DNA of 64,000 bases from Scyliorhinus canicula (Eukaryota). The notes under the pieces are model-generated. The model was not told the DNA's origin, did no database searches, and worked only from the letters and a program-made list of their open reading frames with translations. The DNA is taken from positions 140,991,885 through 141,055,884 of the forward strand of contig NC_052147.1 of assembly GCF_902713615.1 (NCBI RefSeq), in the 5' to 3' direction. A program made the position numbers and the translations under genes. Each line of letters begins with the position of its first letter. Within the stretch, counting starts at the first letter, position 1. Of this stretch, positions 22,868 to 33,246 are shown one piece after another.

Positions 22868-25369
22868 CTGTCAGTGGTGAATGTTCAAAAATACAATAAA
22901 GAATTAGGCAAATATCCAAACTGACTAAATCATAGTGGTTTAGATTTAACCATAATATAAACAGCCAGTGTCAGCATTCGCAATCCCCCGCAGTTATCAC
23001 AAAGGCAATCAGAATCTGCCTCCAAATAACTTGATACAAAATCACTTCCACCTGGCCCCCAACAATCCTAAACTGTAAGAATTCAGAAAATGTGTTGGTT
23101 TGTAGCTAAAACATGTTCCTCAGCTCAATCAATCTTTCCAAAATTACAAATCAAAAGATAATTCATGATCTGTAAAACTCTTGGGAAACAAGCTACAAAA
23201 TACATTCATACCCTTTTTGATTATTTGATTTCTAGTAGGAAACCAAGTTAGATGAGAGACTTTTAGAAAGCAATTTGTCAGAACTGTTGAAAGAATTTTT
23301 TCGGGAATATATAAATCCCAGGTCAGAAAATTGTTGTCACTCAAATACAATTGTGGCATCTCTGGCATTGAAATTTAAATAGTTAATGCAGCGAGTCTTT
23401 GGATTAACCCAACGACTGCTCATAGCTAGAAAAATTAAATACAACTCCATAGTTTTTGCAATGTGTAATTCAAACACATTGCTGGGTACATTTTTTGATC
23501 ACTGGGGCCATCGATTTGCAGTGTTAAGTTAGTTATGTTGTTAAAAGATTGTTGTAATCACGTTTCCCGAGCTGTAACAAATACAAGATTTTAAAAGATT
23601 TTGTTGAAACTGTCCGACAGCAAGATTCAAGATAAACCTGGTCAGGTTCTGAGGAGTGTCTCAGAGGAGAGGGGTAGAGGTGGAAGCATGGAAAGATGAC
23701 AGCATAGGCTGCTGAAGGCACAGCTGTTAATGATGCAGCGATATTTATAAATTAATATATATTACGATGTGCAAGAAGCCAAGTTTGGAGAAGTAGAGAC
23801 TTAAGCATAGTAGGGCTGAAGGGGATTAGCGATATCTGGGGTAAGGCCATGGAGGAATTTTGAAAACAATGTTTTTTTATATTGCGGGGTCATTAATTTA
23901 GATGAGCAAGCATTGGGACGGTTGATGGATGAAATGGAATTTGGTGAGTTAGGATACAAGCACAGCATAGCTCTGTTACCGGAAAGACTAGCCAGGAGGG
24001 CATTAAGATATTCAAGCCAAAAGTTAACGGTTAACTTTTTATATAGACGGGGGTTGCAGTAGTAGACAACATGCAAGATTAGAGATGAAAACAGGTGGGA
24101 TTTGCTAACAGAATGAAAAGGAGGTCAGGAGCTCAATTTCAATGATAAATATAGGGTTGCAGCTGGACCATTAAATTCAAAAGCTGGAAGTTTTAAAGTG
24201 AGGGGGAAAAAGTCTATTCTGTTCAGAAACTAGTGGGATTTGAGACTAAGAACGGTTCATTACAATTCTTTCTTCAAAACTCGCAAAGTGTTCAGCACGC
24301 AGTCGTCATTTTATTTCAAAAAGCTTTCCTTATTGCAATATGAAATTCTGTTTTGATCACACCCATTGCTTTTTTAAAAAAAACTGTTTACCTTCAACGT
24401 TTTAAAAAACACAAGAAAAGGCCACTTGGGGCTCCTCGAAACATCTGCCATTCACTTTCACAGATCACGTTCAACCCATTTTTAATTCTTTCACAGGATG
24501 TGAAAGTTTGACTCAGTAGCAACATTCTCCTGAATCAATGATGTGGGTTCAAGTCACAGTCTAGAGAATTGAAGGCATAATCTAGTGACACTTCAGTGGT
24601 TGTAAAAAGAAATTAGAACGTTAGGGTCGAGAATGCCCTGCCGGATAGGATATTGGGTGCAGATTCCAGTAGCAGCCTTCAAAAGGGAACTAAATATTTT
24701 GAGTGGGGGTGGAAAAGAAGCAGAGTGAGACTCTCTACATGACTGCTTTTCGAAAGATCTGATGCAGGCTCAAATGGCCTGCTGTGCGAAATTATTCTAT
24801 GGTGCAGACGTAATTTTTAGTTGGGCATATCTACTGACAAATGAAGTAATAAATAATTTAAGCAGATCAACATCAGCCAGAGAGAGATAACAAACAGTAC
24901 CAAAAGTCTATTAGACTTTTCCGAATTATAAATTAAATCACATTACATCTACAGAAATATTATGGAACAGAAGTAGGAGCCAATTCAGCCCTTCAAGCCA
25001 GCTCTGCCATTCCCAACTCTGCCTCATCTCCACCTTCCTGTCCACTCCCCATTCTCCTCCCACTACCACTACTAAATAAAAACCTATCTATCTCCTCAAA
25101 TTTGTTTAGTGTTCTGGCGTCCACTGCATTCAGATAGATTTCCACAGATTCAGCATCCTTTGAGTGAAGTAATTCCTCCCCATTTGATTTAGATCTGTCA
25201 GCCCTTAGCCCTAGAATGCCCAACAAGGAAAAATAGCCACTCTACCTTTACCGTGTCAATACCCTTTAGCGTCTTATATAGCTCAATTAACTCAATACAG
25301 CAGTGAGATTCTGCCTCCTTTAAGTCAACTGAAGTGACATACTCAACAATAAACCTGAACGTATAAAAG

Positions 25370-25960
25370 TTGACAAGATTGTGAAGGAATATAAAAGTAC
25401 GGATATGTTAGAATTGTATACTGGTGAGGCCAAAACTGGAATATTGTGCACAGTTCTAGTCACAATAAAGGAAGGACATTATTGCTCTGGAAAGAGTGCA
25501 GGAGGTGCACAAGCATGTTGTCAGGGTTAGAAAAGTGTGCATACGAGGAGATTGGATAGGTTGGGGTTATTTTCCTTGGAACAAAGGCTGAGGGGTGACT
25601 TAATTGAGGTTTACAAAATTAGGAAGGGGAAGAGATAGGGTGGACAGGATAAAATGGTTTCCATTGGTGGAGAATTCTAGAACTAGGGGACATAGATTAA
25701 AGTTAAGTGGCAGAAGGTGTAGCAGGGACATGAGGAAAAACTTTTTTTTATGCAGAAGATAATGGGACTCTGGAATTCACTGCCTAAGTTGGTGGTGGAG
25801 GCAAAGACCCTAAAGTCCTTTAAAGGTACCTGGATCTGCACTTCTAGTGCTCTAACCTAGAGATATGGACCGGGTGCAGAAAGGTGGGATTAGAAAGGGC
25901 TGGCATCAACAAGATGGGCTGAATGGCAGCCTCCTGTGCTGTAACGTTTCAATGATTCTA
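25370..25960 (+). mobile_element. CR1-type LINE 3' fragment in EEF1B2 intron 2
   Basis: Remnants of LVRPKLEYCAQF, LERVQ and RLRGDLIEVYKI. Confidence 0.8.
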
Positions 25961-26164
25961 TATCTAATTGCATTATTTAACAGCACCCTCAGTCATACAG
26001 CTAGCTACACCATGAAAACAAATCAACATGTCAATTTAATTTCATCAGTTTATAATCATATCAATGATATTACTACCTAACTTGCACTATTCCACAGTTG
26101 CACTTATCATGTGAAGTACTTGAGTCATGATAAAGTGTCAGAAACAGATGAGAGCATAACATAC

Positions 26165-26287
26165 CAAGCCTTTGTGCTTTCATAGGACAGGATGTGATTA
26201 TACCACCGGAGAGCATGGTAGAAATCAGCTGAAGGTGGAGCATCAAGAGCTTCAAATACAGCTATGTCAGCTTGAGATGGAACATAC
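26165..26287 (-). CDS. EEF1B2: EEF1B2 coding exon 2: (G)[40 protein letters not shown]
   Basis: AG/GT bounded, 123 nt; HALRWYNHI motif. Confidence 0.97.
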
Positions 26288-26444
26288 CTTGAAAAATAAT
26301 TAAATATTTCAAAAAACTACAAACTCACAACAGGAGTTACATACACAAAAATTATTGCACTTTAAACTAGATACAAAGCTAGATCGTTCATTTTAATGAA
26401 AAACCGAAGATGACTTCATAAATCTAGGGCCCCATTATGTGTTT

Positions 26445-26817
26445 GGCGGGGTGGGGGGGGGGGGGGGGGGGGGGAGGTCGGGCAGGAGATGCGGAGGCCA
26501 GGGAGATCCTGTGTGGAAGGGAGGGGAGCGGGGTGTATGTGAAGTCCAGGCGGCGGGGGTGTGTGAAGGCCTGGGTGTTAAGGCGGGGGCGTGGAGAGGG
26601 TCGGGGGGGGGGGGGGGGGGCGTGGAGAGGGACCGGGGGGGGGGGGGGGGGGGGGGGGGATGGAGAGGGACGGGGGGGGTGTGGAGAGACGGGGGGGGGG
26701 GAGTGGAGAGACGGGGAGAGGGGGAAGAGGAGAGAGGGACGGAGGGGGGAGAGGAACGGGGGGGGGGGGAGGGGAGAGAGGGACGGGGGGGGGGGGGGGG
26801 AGAGAGGAGGAGGGGGG

Positions 26818-26854
<37 letters not shown>

Positions 26855-29800
26855 GAGGAGAGAGAGACGAGAGAGGGACGGGGGAAACACGGAGAGAGGG
26901 GGAGGGGGGGGGGGGGGGGAGAGAGGGGGCGGCGGGGGGGGGAGAGGGGGACGGGGGGGGGGGGAGGAAGAGGGGGACGGGGGGGGGAGAAGAGGGGGAC
27001 GGGGGGGGAGAAGAGGGGGAGGGGGGGGAGAAGAGGGGGACGGGGGGGGGGGAGAAGAGGGGGACGGGGGGGGGGGGGAGAGAGGGGGGACGGGGGGGGG
27101 GGAGAAGAGGGGGACGGGGGGGGGGGGAGAGGAGGGGGAGGGGGGGGAGAGAGGGGGAGGGGGGGGAGAGAGGGGGAGGGGGGGGAGGAGAGGGGGACGG
27201 GGGGGGAGAGAGGGGGACGGGGGGGGGGGGAGAGAGGGGACGGGGGGGGGAGAGAGAGAGGGGGGGGGGGGAGAGAGGGGGACGGGGGGGGAGAGAGGGG
27301 GACGGGGGGGAGAGAGGGGGACGGGGGGGAGAGAGGGGGACGGGGGGGAGAGAGGGGGACGGGGGGGAGAGAGGGGGGGAGAGAGGGGGAGGGGGGGGGG
27401 GGAGAGAGGGGGAGGGGGGGAGAGAGGGGGACGGGGGGGAGAGAGGGGGACGGGGGGGGAGAGGAGGGGGACGGGGGGGGAGGGGAGAGAGGGGGACGGG
27501 GGGGGGGGGGGGGGGGGGAGAGGGGGAGGGGGGGGAGAGGGGGACGGGGGGGGAGAGAGGGGGACGGGGGGGGAGAGAGGGGGACGGGGGGGGAGAGAGG
27601 GGGAGGGGGGGAGAGAGGGGGACGGGGGGGGAGAGGGGGGGGGGGGGAGAGAGGGGGACGGGGGGGGGAGAGAGAGGGGGACGGGGGGGGGAGATAGAAG
27701 TAGAGGGGACGGGGGGGGAGAGGTAGAGAGGGGACGGGGGGGGGGAGGAGAGAGGGGAAGGGGGGGGTGGAGAGAGGGGGACGGGGGGGGATGAGAGGGG
27801 GCGGGGGGGGGAGAGAGGGGGACGGGGGGGGGGACTTTTGATAGAGGGGGGGGACGGGGGGGGAGAGAGGGGGACGGGGGGTGGAGAGGGGACTGGGGAG
27901 GAGAGAGGGGGACGGGGGGGGAGAGAGGGGGACGGGGGGGGGAGAGAGGGGGACGGGGGGGGAGAGAGGGGGACGGGGGGGTAGAGAGGGGGACGGGGGG
28001 GAGAGAGGGGGACGGGGGGGGAGAGAGGGGGACGGGGGGGAGAGAGGGGGACGGGGGGGAGAGCGGGGGACGGGGGGGGGAGAGAGAGGGACGGGGGGGG
28101 AGAGAGGAGGGGACGGGGTGGGAGAGAGGGGTCGGGGGGAGAGCGGGGGACGGGGGGGGAGAGAGGGGGACGGGGGGGGAGAGAGGGGACGGGGGGGGAG
28201 AGAGGGGGACGGGGGGGGGAGAGAGGGGGACGGGGGGGGGAGAGAGGGGGACGGGGGGGGAGAGAGGGGGACGGGGGGGGAGAGAGGGGGACGGGGGGGG
28301 GAGAGAGGGGGACGGGGGGGGGAGAGATGGGGGGAGAGAGGGGGCGGGGGGGAGAGAGAGGGGGGACGGGGGGGGGGAGAGAGGGGGACGGGGGGGGGAG
28401 AGAGGGGGACGGGGGGGGAGAGGAGGGGGACGGGGGGGGAGGAGAGGGGGACGGGGGGGGAGAGAGGGGGGACGGGGGGGAGAGAGGGGGGAGAGAGGGG
28501 GACGGGGGGGAGAGAGGGGGACGGGGGGGGAAGAGGGGGACGGGGGGGGGAGAGAGGGGGACGGGGGGGGAGAGAGGGGGACGGGGGGGGGAGAGAGGGG
28601 GACGGGGGGGGAGAGAGGGGGACGGGGGGGAGAGAGGGGGACGGGGGGGGGAGAGAGGGGGACGGGGGGAGGGAGGGGGACGGGGGGGGGAGGGAGGGGG
28701 ACGGGGGGGAGGGAGGGGGACGGGGGGAGGGAGGGGGACGGGGGGGGAGGGAGGGGGACGGGGGGGGAGGGAGGGGGACGGGGGGGGAGGGAGGGGGACG
28801 GGGGGGGGAGGGAGGGGGACGGGGGGGAGGGAGGGGGACGGGGGGGGAGGGAGGGGGACGGGGGGGACGGGGGGGGAGGGAGGGAGGGGGACGGGGGGGG
28901 GGAGGGAGGGGGACGGGGGGAGGGAGGGGGGAGGGAGGGGGAAGGGGGGGGGGAGGGAGGGGGACGGGGGGGGGGAGGGAGGGGGACGGGGGGGGGAGGG
29001 AGGGAGATGGGGGGGAGGGAGGGAGATGGGGGGGGAGGGAGATGGGGGGGGGGGAGGGAGATGGGGGGGGGGGAGGGAGATGGGGGGGGGAGGGAGATGG
29101 GGGGGGGGAGATGGGGGGGGGGAGGGAGATTGGGGGGGGAGGGAGATTGGGGGGGAGGGAGATTGGGGGGGGAGGGAGATTGGGGGGGGAGGGAGAGGAA
29201 GAGGCCCGTGGGGGGGGGGGGGGGGGGGGAGGCCGTGGGGGGGGGGGGTGGGGAGGCCCGTGGGGGGGGGGGGGGGGGGGAGGCCCGTGGGGGGGGGGGG
29301 GGGGGGGGGGAGGCCGTGGGGGGGGGGGGGGGGGGGGAGGCCGTGTGGGGGGGGGGTGGGGAGGCCGTGGGGGGGGGGGGGGTGGGGAGGCCGTGGGGGG
29401 GGGGGGTGGGCCGTGGGGGGGGGGGTGGGGGGGGCGTGGGGGGGGGGGGGGGGAGGCCCGTGTGGGGGGGGGGGGGAGGCCGTGTGGGGGGGGGGGGGGG
29501 GGGGGAGGTGGGGGGGGGGGGGGGGAGGCCCGTGGGGGGGGGGGGGGGGGGGAGGCCGTGTGGGGGGGGGGGGGGGGGGAGGCCCGTGTGGGGGGGGGGG
29601 GGGGGAGGCCGGTGGTGGGGGGGGGGGGGAGGCCCGTGGGGGGGGGGGGGGGGGGGGGGAGGCCCGTGTGGTGGGGGGGGGGGGGGAGGCCCGTGTGGTG
29701 GGGGGGGGGGGGGGGAGGCCCGTGTGGTGGGGGGGGGGGGAGGCCCGTGTTTGGGGGGGGGGGGGAGGCCCGTGTTGAGGGGGGGGGGGGGGGGGAGGCC

Positions 29801-29950
29801 CGTGTTGGGGGGGGGGGGGGGGTGGGGTGGGGTGGGGAGGCCCGTGGGGGGGGGGGGGGGGGAGGCCCGTTGGGGGGGGGGGGGGGGGGGGGAGGCCCGT
29901 TGGTGGGGGGGGGGGGAGGCCCGTTGGTGGGGGGGGGGGGGGGGAGGCAG
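26445..29950 (+). repeat. ~3.5 kb compound G-rich minisatellite in EEF1B2 intron 1
   Basis: Successive unit types: GAGAGAGGGGGAC(G)n, GAGGGAGGGGGAC(G)n, GAGGGAGAT(G)n and GAGGCCCGT(G)n. Confidence 0.95.
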
Positions 29951-30096
29951 GGGAGTCGAGCAGTGCCAAATAGAGTCTGGGCTAGGCCGCAGGCGGCCGG
30001 ACGATGTCCAACACTTTCGCAGTAGCACCAATCGGCGCTTCGCCGTCTCCCCTCCCACTCCGTCCCCTCGGGTAGTCTCGGCCCCGCCTTACCCAC

Positions 30097-30176
30097 CCCT
30101 CGATGTAGCTCCGATCCGCCAGGTAGTCGTTAAGCACCTTCAAGCCGGAGGCGGATTTGAGGTCTCCAAATCCCAT
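30097..30176 (-). CDS. EEF1B2: EEF1B2 coding exon 1: [27 protein letters not shown]
   Basis: Typical EF1-beta N-terminus; 80 nt to donor GG|gtgggt. The seven exons sum to 675 nt, which is 224 aa plus stop. Confidence 0.97.
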
Positions 30177-30236
30177 GTTTTATTCGCGGTGAGGGGGCTC
30201 CTCTTCCCTGTACCCTGAACTCGCGCGGCGGCCGTT

Positions 30237-30304
30237 AGAAGAGGCCGGGCCGCCCGCGCGCCGCCTTTATATCCTCACCGGAAACCCGGCCAAGGGGGCG
30301 GGGC
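30237..30304 (-). promoter_or_regulatory. EEF1B2: EEF1B2 core promoter: TATAAA box, TCT/5'TOP initiator, ETS site and GC box
   Basis: Minus-strand TATAAA (30271-30266) lies about 30 nt upstream of the pyrimidine tract CCTCTTCT (30244-30237). CCGGAA at 30278-30283 and GGGGCGGGGC at 30295-30304. EEF1B2 is an established TOP mRNA. Confidence 0.8.
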
Positions 30305-30619
30305 ATCGGCCCGAGAAATAAAACAAGCACAAAACTTCAAATAACCATCAATACCTTATCTCTTCATCGCACGGATTGATTCTCAAACATAGAAATTTGA
30401 AATTAAAATAAATCCGAGAGGCTCGGTTCGGAGGGGTCGCGGCCGGGGGTGGTGGAGACTCACGGAAATAGCCGACGTTGCAAACGGTTTGACCGGAGCA
30501 GGTTTTATTTTATTTTGAATGTGCATTACTGTGTTGTTGAATTTAAAGGGAGTGCTGGCGGGAGGAAAGAGTAATTCTTGATTGGTTTTGTTTCCAATTT
30601 TGCCGTCGTTCTTCGTTGT

Positions 30620-30716
30620 GGAGGAAGTCGGAAATTGCCGAGTGCGCAGTCAGAGCCGCCATCGCGCCGCCGCTGTTGTGGTTGAGAAGGCCAAACAGCG
30701 GAGCGGAGCGAGCTGG
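30620..30716 (+). promoter_or_regulatory. NDUFS1: NDUFS1 promoter and non-coding exon 1 (other half of the bidirectional promoter)
   Basis: CpG-rich, with GGAAGT/CGGAAA ETS-like sites, TGCGCA (NRF1 half-site-like), GCCGCCAT (YY1-like) and donor TGG|gtgagt at 30716/30717. The TSS is not precisely defined. Confidence 0.6.
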
Positions 30717-31196
30717 GTGAGTGAGAGGAGTGCCGGGTGGTGATTGACTTGGGTAACTGGCGTCCCCTGGTCGGCGATTTTGAGAGACAACGGCCCTTGC
30801 ACACCCTTGCCTTCGAAGGGAGGCTGTAGCCCGGCTTTCTGGGCTTTGCCCTTGACCCTGAGAGGCTCAATCCACAACTCCTCTTCAGCGGTGTCCTGCC
30901 CAAGCCCTTTACCATGGAACTGGTCATAAAACTGAGCTGTGGCTGGACAGCTGAAACTGTTCTTCTGCAACTCAAGTTTGTAAACACAGTCCCCCGGACC
31001 AGGATGTACAGACTAAATAGATGCTGCCCTACCCTATAGTCACACCGAAAATAAACCTTTCTCAGGAGCCCCCTTCGCACTTGGAAGGCTGTGGGTACTG
31101 CAGATTTGAGCCCGAAATCTTGAAACGCCATAGCAATCAAAGCTACGAGCCAAGTCCTGGCAAATGGGGTTAGAAGAGAATCCTTACAGTGCAGAA

Positions 31197-31268
31197 GGAG
31201 GGCATTCGGTACATTGAGTCCGTACCAGCTCTGGAGGGCATTCGGTACATTGAGTCCGTACCAGCTCT
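31197..31268. repeat. Perfect 36-bp tandem duplication inside a SINE tail
   Basis: GGAGGGCATTCGGTACATTGAGTCCGTACCAGCTCT x2. Confidence 0.9.
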
Positions 31269-31510
31269 GAAGCAGCGCCCGACTGAGGCCCATTCCTCTG
31301 TCCTATCCCCATAACCCCACCTAACCAGTGGATCTTGAGACACTAAGGGGAAATTAGCATAGCCAATCCTGGGAGTTAACATTGATTCGGAACTGAACTG
31401 GACTAGCCATAGTACAGTAATACTGTGGCTACCAGGGCAGGCCAAAGGCTAAGAATCCTACAGCGAGTAACTCACCTGATCCCCAGCACCACCCCCCCCC
31501 CCCCCCCCCC

Positions 31511-31585
31511 CCCCAAAGCTGGTCCACCATCCCCAAGCTGGTCCACCATCCCCAAGCCGGTCCACCATCCCCAAGCCGGTCCACC
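31511..31585. repeat. 19-bp minisatellite, about 4 copies
   Basis: CCCCAAGCYGGTCCACCAT repeated. Confidence 0.85.
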
Positions 31586-33164
31586 CACGAGGCACATGTC
31601 ATAGAATTTACAGTGTAGAAGGAGGCCGTTTGGCCCATCGAGTCTACCCCGCTCTTGGAAAGAGCACCCTACCCAAGCCCACACCTCCACCCGATCCCCA
31701 CAACCCAGTAACCCCACCCAACACGAAGGGCAAATTTGGACACTAAAGGCAATTTAGCATAGCCAATCCACCTAACCTGCACATCTTTGGACTTTGGGAG
31801 GAAACCCACGCACACACGGGGAGAACGTGCAGACTCCGCAGAGACAATGACCCAAGTGGGAATCGAACCTGCGACTCTGGCACTGTGAAGCACGTGTGCT
31901 AACCACTATGCTACCGTGCTACACCATAAGTCAGGAGTAATGGAATGCTCTCCACCTGCCTGGATGAGTGCAACTCCAACAGCATTCAAGAAGCTCCACA
32001 CCATCCGGGACAAAGCAGCATGCATGATTTCTCATTGTTCCACAAATATTCAAACTCTCCAACCGTGTGTACCTTCTACAAGATGCACTGCAGTAACTCC
32101 CCAAGGTTCCTTAGACAGCACCTTCCAAACCCATGGCCACTACCACCTAGCAGGACAAAACCAACAGATACTTGGGAACCCCACCACTTGGAAGTTCCCT
32201 CCAAGTCACTCACCACCCTGACTTGGAAATATATCGCCGTTCCTTCACTGTCGCTGGGAAAAATTCTTGGAACTCCCTCCCTAACAGCACTTTCTGAACG
32301 GCAACTAGGGATGGGCAATAAATACTCGCCGAACTAGTGGTGCCGACATCCCGTAAATAAATTTTTGTTATACTATTAGCATCTTGATCTTGATGGACTG
32401 GAATATTTGAATCATTATTTCATTACATAACCTGGTGGTTCCTCAATAATCAGTTTCCACAGGCTCATGCGATCAGGCTCACTAATTTTCAGTGCTGCGT
32501 TGAATTTTGCAGCCAGATGACATAGATTCAGAGCTTCTGGATGTTAGGGGGGCATTAAATTAATTTCTCTCAGTACTGTAGTGCAGCCTTGACTCTAACC
32601 ACTGCTACAGAACTGGCAAGACCACAGATGCATTTGAACAGTAGAACGAGAATTTAGCATTCCTGCCCCACGGCGCCGAGGACCCGGGTTTGATCCCAAC
32701 CCTGGGTCACTGTCCGTGTGGAGTTTGCATATTCTCCCTGTGTCTGCATGGGTCTCACCCCCACAACCCAAAGATGTGCAGGGTGGGTGGATTGGCCACG
32801 CTAAATTGCCCCTTAATTCCTGTACCAGCCGCCCCGGACAGGCGCCGGAATGTGCCGACTATGGGCTTTTCACAGTAACTTAATTGAAGCCTACTCGTGA
32901 CAAGCGATTTTCATTTCATTTCAATTGGGGAAAAAATAATTGGATACTCTAAATTTTTTTTTTTTAAAGTTTCTTCGAGGATGGAAGGTAAAAGGCTTGT
33001 CTGGAGAGCATCCGAATAGTCAAGTGCGGAGATAACAAAATCATGGATGAGTGTTTCGGCAGTAAGCAAGCTGAGGCAGGGCTGGAGATGGGTCATGTTA
33101 CATTGGTGGAAATTTGTGTAAGTTGATTCTAACTGAATGCTTCCTCTGTATACAGGTCGCCATA

Positions 33165-33246
33165 ATGTTGCGATTACCTGTGATTCGCAGGACGTTAACC
33201 GGCGTTTCCCAGTCTGCCAAAGATGTCCTGGGAGCAAAGAGCCATG
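33165..33246 (+). CDS. NDUFS1: NDUFS1 exon 2, mitochondrial presequence: MLRLPVIRRTLTGVSQSAKDVLGAKSH
   Basis: Acceptor at 33154-55, ATG at 33165, donor G|gtatga; phase 1 fits exon 3. Confidence 0.9.

Noticed and set aside
26424-30218. Very long Pro-rich and Gly-rich ORFs (up to 1207 aa) resembling extensin or formin
   Set aside because: They are open in nearly all frames because the G-rich repeat lacks stop codons, and they lie within EEF1B2 intron 1.
30526-31293. 255-aa minus-strand ORF across the NDUFS1 promoter and intron 1
   Set aside because: It starts inside a SINE tail with a tandem duplication, has no recognisable domain, and GC-rich sequence explains the open frame.
31511-31585. 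Short direct repeats as a CRISPR-like array
   Set aside because: There are no unique spacers; it is a simple minisatellite in a vertebrate intron.
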